Below are positions 39,606 to 53,075 of a DNA stretch of 64,000 bases, piece by piece (the first letter of the stretch is position 1; every line of letters starts with the position of its first letter). Position numbers and translations under genes: made by a program. The notes under the pieces were generated by a model that was given only the letters and a program-made list of their open reading frames with translations, had not been told where the DNA came from and did not search any database. The DNA is from Mustelus asterias (lineage: Eukaryota): assembly GCF_964213995.1 (NCBI RefSeq), contig NW_027590120.1, forward strand, positions 1,240,001 to 1,304,000, written 5' to 3'.

Positions 39606-41550
39606 TTCAGTGAGTTCAGGGGAATGCTCACAGAGGGAATGGAGCAGGGAGAGAGGATCCCTGGGGTGATGTTCAGTGAGTTCAGGGGGATGGAGTCAGA
39701 GGGAATGGAGCAGGGAGGGAGGATCTCTGGGGTGATGCTCAGTGAGTTCAGGAGGATGGAGTCAGAGGGAATGGGGTAGGGAGGGAGGATCCCTGGGGTG
39801 ATGCTCAGTGAGTTCAGGGGGATGGAGTCAGAGGGAATGGAGCAGGGAGGGAGGATCCCTGGGGTGATGCTCAGTGAGTTCAGGGGGATGGAGTCAGAGG
39901 GAATGGAGCAGGGAGGAAGGATCCCTGGGGTGATGCTCAGTGAGTTCAGGGGGATGGAGTCAGAGGGAATGGAGCAGGGAGGGAGGATCCCTGGGGGGAT
40001 GGAGTCAGGGGGATGGAGCAGGGAGAGAGGGTCCCTGGGATGATGTTCAGGGGGATGGAGCAGGGGGGAAGGATCCCTGGGGTGATGCTCAGTGAGTTCA
40101 GGGGGATGGAGTCAGAGGGAATGGAGCAGGGAGGGAGGATCCCTGGGGTGATGCTCTGAGTTCAGGGGGATGGAGTCAGAGGGAATGGAGCAGGGAGAGA
40201 GGATCCCTGGGGTGATGTTCAGTGAGTTCAGGGGGATGGAGTCAGAGGGAATGGAGCAGGGAGGGAGGATCCCTGGGGTGAAGGTTCAGGGGGATGGAGC
40301 AGGGGGGAAGGATCCCTGGGGTGATGCTCAGTGAGTTCAGGGGGATGGAGTCAGAGGGAATGGAGCAGGGGGGAAGGATCCCTGGGGTGATGCTCAGTGA
40401 GTTCAGGGGGATGGAGTCAGAGGGAATGGAGCAGGGAGAGAGGGTCCATGGGGTGATGCTCAGTGAGTTCAAGGGGATGGAGTCAGAGGGATTGGAGCAG
40501 GGGGGAAGGATCCCTGGGGTGATGCTCAGTGAGTTCAGGGGGATGGAGTCAGAGGGAATGGAGCAGGGAGAGAGGATCCATGGGGTGATGCTCAGTGAGT
40601 TCAGGGGGATGGAGTCAGAGGGAATGGAGCAGGGGGGAAGGATCCCTGGGGTGATGCTCAGTGAGTTCAGGGGGATGGAGTCAGAGGGAATGGAGCAGGG
40701 AGAGAGGGTCCATGGGGTGATGTTCAGTGAGTTCAGGGGGATGGAGTCAGAGGGAATGGAGCAGGGAGAGAGGGTCCATGGGGTGATGTTCAGTGAGTTC
40801 AGGGGGATGGAGTCAGAGGGAATGGAGCAGGGAGACAGGAGCCCTGGGGTGATGCTCAGTGAGTTCAGGGGGATGGAGTCAGAGGGAATGGAGCAGGGAG
40901 GGAGGATCCCTGGGGTGATGCTCAGTGAGTTCAGGGGGATGGAGTCAGAGGGAATGGAGCAGGGAGGGAGGATCCCTGGGGTGATGCTCTGAGTTCAGGG
41001 GGATGGAGTCAGAGGGAATGGAGCAGGGGGACAGGAGCCCTGGGGGGATGCTCAGTGAGTTCAGGGGGATGGAGTCAGAGGGAATGGAGCAGGGAGAGAG
41101 GATCCCTGGGGTGATGCTCAGTGAGTTCAGGGGGATGGAGTCAGAGGGAATGGAGCAGGGAGAGAGGATCCCTGGGGTGATGCTCAGTGAGTTCAGGGGG
41201 ATGGAGTCAGAGGGAATGGAGCAGGGAGAGAGGGTCCCTGGGGTGATGCTCAGTGAGTTCAGGGGGATGGAGTCAGAGGGAATGGAGCAGGGAGAGAGGA
41301 TCCCTGGGGTGATGCTCAGTGAGTTCAGGGGGATGGAGTCAGAGGGAATGGAGCAGGGAGAGAGGATCCCTGGGGTGATGCTCAGTGAGTTCAGGGGGAT
41401 GGAGTCAGAGGGAATGGAGCAGGGAGGGAGGATCCCTGGGGTGATGCTCTGAGTTCAGGGGGATGGAGTCAGAGGGAATGGAGCAGGGGGACAGGAGCCC
41501 TGGGGGGATGCTCAGTGAGTTCAGGGGGATGGAGTCAGAGGGAATGGAGC
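39606..41550. repeat. G-rich 66-bp minisatellite, ~29 copies
   Basis: Unit GGGGTGATGCTCAGTGAGTTCAGGGGGATGGAGTCAGAGGGAATGGAGCAGGGAGAGAGGATCCCT. Confidence 0.96.
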
Positions 41551-42159
41551 CTATTGGGAACAATGAGTAATTGTAAAAGGAGTCAGAGTGTGAATTGGTA
41601 CAAAGAGTAAAGCTTGAAGCAGAGAGTCAGTGTGTGTTCACCAGAAAGTGGAGCGTGCGCATGTCTAACAGACAGGGGGGAGAGAGGATGAATGAGGATG
41701 AAGAAGGCTACATTGCCAGCTTTGACAAAGGGTCATCTGGACTCGAAACGTCAGCTCTTTTCTCCCCTCACAGATGCTGCCAGACCTGCTGAGATTTATT
41801 TTCTAGCATTTTCTCTTTTGGTTTCAGATTCCAGCATCTGCAATAATTTGCTTTTATGTATGAAGAGAGCTGAGAGAGGTGTTAAAAGTGTCCATGAAGT
41901 GATCAGAATATGTGAATGGCAGAACAGTGGTACAGATGTTTAAGGCAGTTGTCCTGAATGTGGGTGGGTGGGGGGAGGGGGAGTGGTTAGGGGGTGGACA
42001 AGGCAGAAACAGTTGCCCTGAATGGGGGGTGGGGGTGGACAAGGCAGAAAGCAAGAATGGAGAACTGGAAACATGGAAGTGAGAAAGAAGGATGATAAAA
42101 TGGATGAATAAGACAAAAAGAAGAATCAGAATTAAATGAAATAAATGGAAATGGAGTGT

Positions 42160-43125
42160 AGGTGAAGGGGAGAGTTCACGCTGTGAATGTTGAATTCAAT
42201 GTTCAGTCCTGTAAATGTTCAGGCTGTAAAGTGTCCAATTGGAAGATGAGGTGCTGTTCCACCAGTTTGCATCGGGGTTCACTAGAACATTGCAAGGACC
42301 GACATGTGGACAGGAGAGTAGGGTGGTGTGTTGAACTGACAGGAAGGTCTGGGTTTTGCTTGTGGATGGTGTTCAGCAAAACAGACAACCAGTCTGCATT
42401 TGGTCTCTCCAGTGTGGAGTCGACCACATTGGGAGCAGCGAATGCAATAGACCAGATTGAAGGAGATGTCTGTGAAACGCTGCATCACCTGAAATGGTGT
42501 TTGGGACCTGGGACAGTGAGCAGGGAGGAGGTAAAAGGGTAGGTGTTGCACCTTCAACGATTGCATGGGAAGATGGGAAGGCTCCATGGACAGGGGGTGA
42601 GATGGTGGGTGTAATGGAGGAATGGACCAGGGTGTCCCAGAGAGAACGGTCCTTGTGAGTTCTTGCTGAGGAGGGTGGAGGTGGCGGGGGGGGGGGGGGG
42701 GGGGGGGGAGAAGGGGAAGGTGTGATGAGTAGTGGCATCATGCTGGAGTTGGCAGAAATGGCAGAGGATGATCCTTTGAATGCGGAGGCTGGTGGGGTGA
42801 AAAGTGAGGACACAGGGAAGCCTATTCTGGTTCTGGGAGGGAGAGGAGGGGGTGACAGCAGTGGCCTGGGGAATGGGTTGGTCATGGTCAAGTGTCCTGT
42901 CAACCACAGTAGGTGAAAAACCACAATTGGCAAAAGAAAGACATGGGCAACACTATTTTGGAAAATGGCATTATCAGGACAGATGTGGCGGAGGTGAAGG
43001 AACTGAGAGAATGAGATGGAGTCCTTTCAGGATATGGGGTGTGAAGAACTGTAGTCAAGGTAGTTGTAGGTGTCGGTGTGCTTGTAATAGATACCAGTGA
43101 TATTATCACCAGAAATTGACACAGT
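42160..43125 (-). mobile_element. Penelope-like retroelement remnant (GIY-YIG endonuclease region)
   Basis: Frameshifted peptides RLPCVLTFHP, NLVYCIRCSQCGRLHTGETKCRL..FAEH and KLVEQHLIFQLDTLQP. Flanked by hammerhead-like terminal pieces (41715-41835, 43430-43565). Confidence 0.85.
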
Positions 43126-43172
43126 AAAGAGTCTCAGAACACCAGGTTAAAGTCCAACAGGTTTATTTGGTA

Positions 43173-43209
43173 TCACGAGCTTTCGGGGCACTGCTCCTTC
43201 ATCAGGTGA
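43173..43209 (-). ncRNA. Minimal hammerhead ribozyme motif
   Basis: Minus strand reads TCAC-CTGATGA-A-GGAGC/AGT/GCCCC-GAAA-GC-TC-GTGA. Confidence 0.68.
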
Positions 43210-43673
43210 GTCACTCAGACCTTAACCTGGTGTTGTGAGACTTCTTACTGTACCTACGCCAGTCCAACGCCGGCATCTCCACATCATGACTACCAGAAAT
43301 GGAGTCAGAAATGTCAAGGAGGGGGAAGAGAAGTCTCAGAGATGGACCATGTGAAGGTCCATCTCTGACAATTCACGAGCATGAACTCTCCCCTTCACCT
43401 TCACCCATTTCACCAATTTCCATTTATTTTAAAAGCAAAATATTGTTGATGCTGTAATCTGAAACAAAAACAGAAAATGCTGGAAAATCTCAGCAGATCT
43501 GACAGCCCTGTGGGGAGAGAATAGAGCCAATGTTTCAAGTCGAGATGACCCTTCGTCAGAGCTCTGTCACATCTGAAGTGACATGGGCTCTTAGTCTCGC
43601 CATGAAAACCAGCAGCAACACAGCAAAGCTGAACATTGCAGACAGGTCGATTGTAGGCCTGGCGCTGTTGGCA

Positions 43674-43738
43674 GTTTTTGTAATGTTGTGATTATCCCAT
43701 TTGCCTAACACACGAAGGTTCAAAACCGGGCAGAAACA
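43674..43738 (+). pseudogene. tRNA-Val(AAC) pseudogene
   Basis: GTTTTTGTAATG...GCCTAACACACGAAGGTTCAAAACCGGGCAGAAACA, with a deletion. Confidence 0.65.
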
Positions 43739-45427
43739 TTAATGAAACTTTACCCGTTAGGGTGAGGGAAGTCTGCATGATTTCAGTTATTTGCTGAACA
43801 TTATCCAAATCTCGATGTTACAGACATTGACCAGTATTTTACAGCATCGCTCTCGCGAGGCTCATAAAATCCCACCCGAGGCCAACGGTAAAATTCCAGC
43901 TATTATCTTTGCTCTGATCTCAGTACAAATGCTTTCAGGAAAATCAGGAATGCGATATTTTAAAACGCAACAAGGAAATAAATGTTTGCATTTTGACACC
44001 GTGCACATATTAGCAATTTGTTCAGTCCACAACAGAATTTGTAGGTGCAGACTAACATAGTTAATTACCACCTGAAACATGTCTAATAGTATTGTGTGCT
44101 CATAAAGACAGACTCAAAGGTGATACTGTAACTGAACTAGAGGAAATGACGCACATTGCGCAGAACAATCTTTTTTTAAAAATCGGTCTTCACAATAGAG
44201 AAATAGAAAAAAACACTTGGCAGATGAGGAAATCGAGAATCAGTGCGGATCTGCTGGACTCTTCTATAGATAAATTCATAGAATTCATAGAAACCCTACA
44301 GTGCAGAAGGAGGCCATTCGGCCCATCGAGTCTGCACCGACCACAATCCCACCCAGGCCCTACCCCCACATATTTACCCGCTAATCCCTCTAACCTACGC
44401 ATCCCAGGACTCTAAGGGGCAATTTTTAACCTGGCCAATCAACCTAACCCACACATCTTTGGACTGTGGGAGGAAACCGGAGCACCCGGAGGAAACCCAC
44501 GCAGACACGAGGAGAATGTGCAAACTCCACACAGACAGTGACCCGAGCCGGGAATTGAACCCGGGACCCTGGAGCTGTGAAGCAGCAGTGCTCACCACTG
44601 TGCTACCGTGCCGCCCGTGGGATTTAAGTGCCAGAATGTTTCACACCCAGAATAAAGAAGGATCAAGTATAACTAACTGATCATTTCTAAATCTCTTCCC
44701 ATTAAAGATATTTGATTTTGTTTAAAGACTGACTCAATCTCAAATAAGCACCATGGGATGTGTGTTACCCAGTGACTCGATCTGTATTGTTGGTCAGTCA
44801 CATTTGCAATTCAATGTGATATAGTTCAGAGATATGCAATTCAGAATGATGACATCTATGTTAAATAAATGTATTGATATTAAATGTTGAATAACGAAAC
44901 AAATACCGAGTAATATAGACTGAGAATGATGAATTTGGCAGAGTGGTTAGCACTGCTGCTTCATGGTGTCAGGGACCCAGGTTCGATTCCAGCCTTGGGA
45001 AGGAAATCTGTGTGGCATCTGCATATTGTCCCCGTCTCTGTGTACATTTCCTCAAATGTGCAGGTTAGGTGGATTGGCCATGCTGAATTGCCCCTTGGTG
45101 TCATGGGATTAGCAGTGCAAATATATAGGGTTATGCGGATAGGATCTGGTTGGGATTGTTGTCGGTGCAGACTCGATGGACTGACTGGCCTCTTTCTGCA
45201 CTTTAGGGATTCTATAATTGAGCAGAAATAATTGCTCCTTTAGACATTTGCCAGACGGACACTTTTAAATTTTGAAGTTCAATATAAGTTGAGACATCAG
45301 GTTGAAAGTAAAAGTTGTCTTCTTGTATTAAGTGGCATGGGCTCTCAGTCTAACTATTGGAACCTGCAGTAACATAGCAGAGTTGAACATTGCCGACAGG
45401 CCGATTGGCTGCCCTGTGCTGTCAACA

Positions 45428-45500
45428 GCTTCTGCAGTGTAGTGGTTATCACGTTTACCTAGCATGTGAAAGGTCCCCGTTCCGAAACCAGGCTAAAACT
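45428..45500 (+). pseudogene. tRNA-Val pseudogene; duplicated with its flanks relative to 43580-43800
   Basis: GCTTCTGCAGTGTAGTGGTTATCACGTTTACCTAGCATGTGAAAGGTCCCCGTTCCGAAACC; about 100 bp of upstream flank aligns with that of the 43674 copy. Confidence 0.7.
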
Positions 45501-46189
45501 TGAATGGCAATGTTTCCTGTTCAGTTTGAAGGACGTTTGCAGAATTTCTTGCTGAATTCTATGTGAATCTGGTACCTGATAGGGTTATTTATTCGCTGGC
45601 TCTCTTGGCTCTATTCTCTCTCCACAGATGCTGTCACACCTGCTGGGATTTTCCAGCATTTCCTGTTTTTGTTTCAGATTCCAGCATCCACAGTTTTTTG
45701 CTTTTACTTATTCGCTCTGACTTGGGCCTCAAAATTCATTCAGGACAAAATACTGGATTCTCATGTGAAGAAAAGGATGGCGTATGGGAGGAAACTGGAG
45801 CACCCAGAAGAAACCCACATAGAACGTGCAAACTCTACACAGACAATGATCCAAGGATGGGAATCAAACCCAGGTTCTTGACGCTGTGAGGCAGCAATGC
45901 TAACGACTGTGCCACACTGAAGGATCAGCCTGGTGGCAGCTTTACTCATGATATCCAGTTACATTAGAGGCAGAATAGAAAGGAAATAAAATTAAAATAC
46001 TGCGGATGTTGGAATTGTGAAATTTAAACTGAAAATGCTGGACTGGCAGCATCTGTGGAGAAACCCATTACAATAGATATTTATGATTTTGATTGCTGAT
46101 TGAGGAGGCAAGGTCCTTTAGGTTTTATTGACGTTTTATACTGTGTTACACGTTTTTTGAGGCGAAAAAAGCGATGTAAATACCTCTGA

Positions 46190-46424
46190 GGTTAAGTGAC
46201 GTCCATCTTTGTGCGGGGCAGACGTGCTCCGTTTGACAAGGTGAAGTGTCGGAGCCGATGTGCCCCTAACAAAGATGGCTGCGATGTGGGGGCGGGGCAA
46301 TGGGCTGAGGAGGTTGGGACCGCACATGCGCATTGCTGCGGTTGTGGTTTGTTGACGGAAGCGCGCGGCTTCTTCTTCGGATCGGAATCAGATTTGAAAG
46401 CGGTTAATTGTCGCCGGCGTTGCC
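46190..46424 (+). promoter_or_regulatory. CpG-island promoter of the EMC4 copy
   Basis: TGACGT, YY1 AAGATGGC, GC box GGGGCGGGG, NRF1-like CGCACATGCGCA and ETS CGGAAG. Confidence 0.7.
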
Positions 46425-47610
46425 ATGGCTGCAGGGGCGGGGCTTGTCAACCGCGCGCGCTGGCACAAGTGGACCCTCGAGTTTAACCTGAGCGGCAGCA
46501 GCAGCTGCGGAGGCCGCGCGGGGAGCCGGGGGCTCAAGTAAGCGGCAAGCCGGGTCAGCCCGCCTCTCCCGAGGGGACGCCACCGCACACTGACCCGGGG
46601 ATGTGGAACCAACCCAAAACTTCCCAACCCCGGGTTTTTCACGCGTCTTTTACCCCTCACCGAGCTCCTCAGCACAAAGCAGCCCCTCAAATCCCCCAGA
46701 AATCACTCAGACCCCACTTGGCATCTTTTCCCAGGTCATGACCCTGAGATGCCCTTTTGGTTTCAGCCCCTCCACCTGATCAGGTGCCAACTGCGGTGGT
46801 GGTTGGAGGAACGATTGCTCGTTTCCAGGGCCGGGTGCTGCACTGGATCTCTCTCAATGTCCCACAATGTTTGTTTTCAAGATACAATTTGGTACATGTG
46901 GTGATTTGTCGCTTTGTCCCTCAATGGAGGGCAAGTGGATTGGCACCCTGATTGACACTAATCCACTTCTGCAGCCCTCCATTCCCCTGGCAGTTTGGTA
47001 CATGCAACGGCAGTGTGTGTCTGAGGTTTGCCCAAGCTTTAGTTCATGCTGGCACTATTGTCACCACGTTGGGGTCCTCAACAGAGAGACTCCCTCTTTA
47101 AACAAGGTCTTGAAAGGGTGACCAATTTGTGTTTTCTGTTTCTCACAGGAGCCGTGATCAACAGTGTGGCCAGAGAGACTCCATGTGCCCAGTCGCATAT
47201 TCGGACAAACAGCTACCGGACATCCGCGTCCAAGAAACAGACCGGATCCGAGTTGAGAAGGTAAGTTAGATTTGAATGTGTCTTTAGTGTGTGGCTGACA
47301 ACGCCCCTGGTTTGTCCACAGTGGTGAAGTGCCTTGGTGAACCACAGCAGCCTGTTTGATAAAGGGACTTATTGAGTTAATTGTTACTTCCAGACCTGTG
47401 TATAAGATCAGCATATGGCCTCCCCAAACCGGCCCCCTTTACTGATACCCTGCTCACTTTCTGTTTTCATCACCTTGGGCCCATTGAAACAGCTGCCCAT
47501 GAATCTGTTCATCATGTACATGGCTGGCAACACCATCTCCATCCTCCCTATCATGATGGTGTGCATGATGGCCTGGAGACCCATACAGGCCTTGATGTCC
47601 ATGTCTGCAA
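46425..47610 (+). pseudogene. EMC4: EMC4 (ER membrane complex subunit 4) partial copy: exon 1 46425-46537, exon 2 47149-47260, exon 3 ~47469-47610
   Basis: MAAGAGLVNRARWHKWTLE / [28 protein letters not shown] / [45 protein letters not shown] match EMC4. The exon 3 acceptor and RCWD codons are missing, and no later exons are seen. Confidence 0.9.
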
Positions 47611-47959
47611 GTGAGTATTGTATTGAATCTGCAGCTCAGAAACAGCTCTGAACTGGCATCACTTGAATGCAGCTTAGAACAGTGTGCTAAGAGTTGGGTG
47701 ATTAAGGGACTTAGGGAAGGAAGGGAACGAGGTACCCTTTTGCTTTCTAATATTCTCAGCCTTTGGGAAGTGATCTTCCTCTTCTACAGGAGAAAGAGCG
47801 GCGAGCTATTTGCTGAGTATCTGCAAAGTGACTAAAGTTTATTCGATGTCTAAGGATCAAAATCGTATAGCAACTGCTGGTAAGGTTAATAAAATATATA
47901 AAATCAAAAGTAAAATACATCATTGGATAAAATAATTAAATACTTTTTTCGCACACATT

Positions 47960-49920
47960 AAAGATGGGAGGACAGGTGATGTGTCACAGCTGCAGCGTGT
48001 GGGAGCTCCTGGGTGTCAGTTTGATCGAGGGCAAACACATCTGCAGTAAGTGTTTGAAGTTCAAGCAGCTCCGGTTAGAGTTTATGAGCTGGAGGCTGAA
48101 CTACAGACACTGCGATGCATCAAGGAGGGGGAACATTACCTGGATTCTTTACACCAGGAAGCAGTCACACCTCTTAGGACAGGACCTGCTGATTTGGTCA
48201 GTGATCAGGGACAGGAGGATGACTGTGAGTGAGGCAGGTAAGGGGATTCAGGTGGCAGGAGCCTCAGCCTTCACAATTGTCCAACCGGATTGCAGTTTTT
48301 TCAGCTTGTTTATGCTGCAGGGTGGATGAGCAAACTGACCTTGGCACCGTGGTACAGGAAGCCATTCAAGTTGGAGGAGAAAAAGGGAATGTAGGGGTAG
48401 TATGGGATGGTGTAATCAGAGGGATTCACACTGTTCTCTGCAGCAAAGAGCATGAGTCCAGATGGCTGTGTTGCCTTGTGCCAGGGTTCAGGACATCTGT
48501 TCAGGTCTGAAGAGGAACTTACAGTATTGTGTCGGATCTGCAGCTCAAAAACAGCTGCACGGGGGAGGACCCAGTCATTGTGGTCCATGTAGGTACCAAT
48601 GACACAGGCAGGACAAAGAAGGAGGTTTTACATGGCTAGTATGAGGACCTAGGTACCAAATTAAGAAGCAGGATCTCAAAGTTCATAATCTGGATAATTA
48701 CCTTAACTACTTACTAATTGTCTTAGGACAAATCAGATCAGAGAGATGAATGAGTGACTCAAAGATTGGTGTGGGAGGTGGGTTCTGGTTCATGGGGCAC
48801 TGACACCAGTACTGGGGAAAGCATTTTAAAACTAAATAGTAGACAGGGAAACAAATTTGGGGCAAGGAATCAAAGATTTATAGAAATGACTGGATGAAGG
48901 GCTGGTTGGCAAATTTGCCGATGACACAAAGGTGCGAAAGTAAGTTGTGACGAGGACATACGGAGGGTTCAAAAAGACAGAAAGGTGAAGTGAGTGGGAA
49001 AATATCTGGTAAATGGAGTAGAATGTGGGCAAATGTGAAATTGTCCATTTCGGCAGGAAGAATGAAAAAGAAGCATTTTGTCTAAACGGTGAGAGATTGC
49101 AGAGCTCAGAGATTCAGAGGGATCTGGGTGTTCTAGTACATAAATCACAAAAGGCTAATATGCAAGTAAATCAGTAATTAGGAACACTAATAGAATGTTA
49201 TCATTCATTGTGAAGGGAATTAAATACAGAACTAGGGAGGTTATGCTTCAGTTGTACAGGTCACTAGTGAGACCGTCTGGAGTACTATGTACAGTATTGG
49301 TCACCTTGTTTAAGGAAGGGTGTAAGTGTGCTGGAGACAGTTCAGAGAAGTTTACCAGACCAATACCTGAAATAATGCGGTGATGCCGGCGTTGGACTGG
49401 GGTGGGCACAGTAAGAAGTCTCACAACACCAGGTTAAAGACCAACAGGTTTATTTGGAATCCTTCCGCACCTGACGAAGGAGCAGCGCTCCGAAAGCTCG
49501 TGATTCCAAATAAACCAATTGGACTTTAACCTGGTGTTGTGAGACTTCTCACAATGCCTGAAATTGATGGGTTGTGTTACGAGGCAAGGTTGGACAGGCT
49601 AGGAGTGTATCCGCTGGAGTTCAGAAGAGTAAATGGCGACTTGTTCCTGCAAGGCCTTGACAGGATGGAGGTAGAGAGGATGTTTCCTCTTGTGGGATAA
49701 TCCAGAACTAGGGGTCACCGTTTTAAAAAATAAAGCGTCACCCATTTAAAGTAGAGATGAGGAGAATTTTTCTCCAAGTGTCGTGAGTCTTTGGAACTCT
49801 CTCCCTGAAAAGGTGGTGGAAGAAGAGTGTTTGAATATTTTAAGCAAAGGTGGATAGATTCTTGGTAAGAAAGGAGGTGAAAGGTTATTGGAGGTCAGCA
49901 GGATGAAGATTTGAGGTTAC
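47960..49920 (+). mobile_element. Old, internally deleted CR1 LINE (ORF1 and ORF2 remnants)
   Basis: ORF1-like CHSCSVWE...HICSKC and VVHVGTND (SGNH esterase-like); ORF2 KFADDTK remnant. Confidence 0.8.
49468..49502 (+). ncRNA. Minimal hammerhead ribozyme motif inside a foldback element (49383-49550)
   Basis: CAC-CTGACGA-A-GGAGC/AGC/GCTCC-GAAA-GC-TC-GTG. Confidence 0.72.
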
Positions 49921-51365
49921 GATCAGGTCAGAGAGTAAAGACCAGTTCTGCTCAATCGCTCCTCATTGCACAGTCCTGTCATCCCAGGAAGCAGTCTGGT
50001 GAACGTTTGTTACTCGTCCTCTGGGGCAATTCTCTGGGTAAGGAGACCCAAACTCTGCAGTGTTCCACATGTGGTTTCACCAAAACTGGATACAATTTCA
50101 GAAAGCTTTCCTCACTCGGAAACTGCATCCCTGGGGAATAAAGGCTAACAGACCATCTGCATCTCTCCTTAGGGATGCTGCCAGACCTGCTGAGATTTTC
50201 CAGCATTTTCTCTTTTGGTTCCTCATTCAAGCATCTGCAGTAATTTGCTTTTATTTGGTTAGAAGTGGGGGATTTACACACAGAAAATTCAAATCAAGGA
50301 ATGGTTTGTCTCTTCTGAATTTATGTCCTGGTTTAACAGTGATGATCTTTTTGGAAACTCTATTTACAGGATACAGCAATTGGAAATTGGACATGGAAAA
50401 CGTTTTGGGGCTGCACAGTGGTTAGCACTGCTGCCACAGAGCGCCAAAGACCAGGGTTCGATTCCAGCCGCGGGCGATTGTCTGTGTGGAGTTTGCACGT
50501 TCTCCGTGTCTGCATGGATTTCTTCCCGTGGTCCAAAGATGTGCAGGTTAGGTGGATTAGTCAATAACTGCTCAAAAGATAATCCCAGAAACTACAGGTC
50601 AGTCAGTTCAATGCTAGTGATAGGGAAGATTCCTGAAACAATAATTCAGGACATATTTACTAATCACCTGAGTAAATGTGGGTTAAGAACGACAGTGTTC
50701 AGAGGAAATGGTGTTTATCGAACCTGGTTAAATATTTTGATGAGGTCACAGATCCCGTTGTTGAGGATAATGCTGTTAATGTGGTGAACATGGACTTCCA
50801 AAAAGCATCAGATAAATTGCTGCACAGCAGACATCGGAGCACAGGTATGACTCGTGGAATAAAAGGGACAGCAGCAGCATTGACACAAAATTGTCTGGGG
50901 GACAGGAAACACACAAAATACTGGTTAATGGATGTTTGGGAGTTCCTCAGGAGCTGGTGTTAACACCCAGCTCTTCCTAATGTATACAAATGACCCAGAC
51001 CTTGGTGTTCAGGGACAGTTTAGAAATTTGTGGACAGAATCTGTGTCGACCCAGACTGGGTGGCAGGTTTCCTTCCCGAAGGACATTAGTGAACCAGTTG
51101 GGTTTTTATGAGAATCCACCAGTTTTAATGGTCACTTTTCCCGGGAGCCGGCCCCGCAAATGACCAGATTCATTCAGCTCAATTTCACAAACTGCCTTTG
51201 TGTTTTTGTGGGTTCTCTCTCACTCCATTTTTTTCTGTTTTGAAACAGTTACACAGCATTTTAGAAGAGGAGGATTTGCAGTCGGGAAACTGAAACGAAA
51301 CATCACATCACAATCTGGTGGAGTTTTCCAATTTATCGTAACTTGAATATCATTTGATTTTGAAC

Positions 51366-52411
51366 ATGGAAGGAACAAGCACCATTTACAATGGGGAGAA
51401 ACCATACACGTGCTCTCTGTGTGGACGAGGCTTCAGCCAATCATCTGACCTGTTGAAACACAAATGCAGTCAATCCAGGAAGAAACCGTGGAAATGCAGG
51501 GATTGTGGGAAGGGATTCAAATCCCCGTCTGGCCTGGAAAGTCATTGGCTCAGTCACACTGGGGAGAAACCGTTCACCTGCTTCGAATGTGGGAAGGGAT
51601 TCACTCGTCAATCCTACCTTCTGATACATCAGCGACTTCACACTGGGGAAAGGCCGTTCACCTGTTCTGTGTGTGGGAAGGGATTCATTCAGTCATCCAC
51701 CCTGTTGAATCACCAGCGAGTTCACACTGAGGAGAGACCATTTAAATGCTCAGACTGTGGGAAGTGTTACAAATGTTCTGGGGAACTGATGCGCCATCAA
51801 CGTGTTCACAGCAATGAGAGGCCATTCACCTGTTCCATGTGTGGGAAAGGATTTACTCAGCAATACAAACTGCAGACACACCAGCGAGTTCACACTGATG
51901 AGAGACCTTTTACATGTACAGACTGTGGAAAGCGCTTTAAAAGTTCCCAGGACTTGATGCAGCATCAACCTGTTCACACTGATGAGAGACCGTTCAGATG
52001 CTCTCACTGTGGGTCTGCATTCAAGCGATCGTCTCACCTGACTGTGCACCAGCAAATTCACACTGGGGAGAGGCTGTTCACCTGCCCTGAGTGTGGAAAG
52101 GGATTTACTCAGTCATCCGTCCTTCTGACACCCAGTGTGTTCAAACTGGGGGGAGACCATTCATCTGCTCTGAGTGTGGGAAGGGATTCCCTTCCTCATC
52201 CAAACTTCTGATGCACCAGCACGTTCACACTGGGGAGAGACCGTTCACCTGCTCTGTGTGTGGGAAGGGTTTCACTCAGTCATCGAACCTACTGACACAC
52301 CAGCGAGTTCACACTGGGGAGAGGCCATTCACATGTGCTGAATGTGGGAAGGGATTTGCTTATTTTTCTGTACTGATGAGACACCAACAAGCTCACAAAC
52401 AATTACAATGA
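51366..52411 (+). pseudogene. C2H2 zinc-finger gene ZNF-C, paralogue of ZNF-B with a single frameshift near 52130
   Basis: ORF 51354..52211 continues as 52091..52411; shares intron and 3' flank with ZNF-B. It could still encode a truncated ~9-finger protein. Confidence 0.85.
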
Positions 52412-52694
52412 TTGGATTTTGCTGTCAGTGACATCCAGGATTATGTTCGTTGGGGTCTGTTGGATGATGTCAATAAATTCCAGCCAGTTGTTTGGGCTAA
52501 TATTGTGAATAAAAGTCAAATAAATTAGTTTTATATTACTATTTTTATATTGAACACACTGTGTTGCATCTATTTAATGTCTCTAACTCCATTTGGATCC
52601 TTTTGAAGGGCCCTCCCTCTCCCCAGTCTTCTCCATCCTCACCTCCAACAACAAGTGTGAGGAGCGCATGGAGCTTCTTTGTCACTAAGATTGA

Positions 52695-53075
52695 GGGGAG
52701 GTGATGGCCTAGTGGTATTAACACTAGACAGTTAATCCAGAAACTCAGCTAATGTTCTGGGTACCAGGTTTCAATCCCGCCACAGCAGATGGTGAAATCT
52801 GAATTCAATAAAAAAAATCTGGAATTAAGAATTTACTGATGACCGTGAAACAATTGTCGTAAAAACCCATCTGGTTTAATGATGTCCTTTTGGGAAGGAA
52901 ATCTGTCGTCCTTGCCTGGTCTGGCCTACATGGGACTCCAGAGCCACAGCAGTGTGGTTGTCTCTAAAATGGCCGAGCAAGCCACTCATAAGGCAGCTCA
53001 CCACCACCTTCTCAAGGGCAACTTGCAATAAATGCTGGCCATGCAACAACATCCATGTCTCACAAATGAAATTTA
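52695..53075 (+). mobile_element. Second SINE family (tRNA-like head, LINE-like tail); reverse fragments at ~38930-39310, 36170-36330 and 51045-51195
   Basis: GAGGTGATGGCCTAGTGGTA...GGTTTCAATCCC head and repeated internal blocks. Confidence 0.6.

Noticed and set aside
39798-41452. Repetitive protein ORFs
   Set aside because: Minisatellite translation with recurrent frameshifts and no splice context.
46425-52411. In-frame EMC4-ZNF fusion protein
   Set aside because: Joining exon 2 or exon 3 to the 51257 acceptor meets stops before the ZNF ATG, and a TAA at 51339 closes the ZNF frame upstream.
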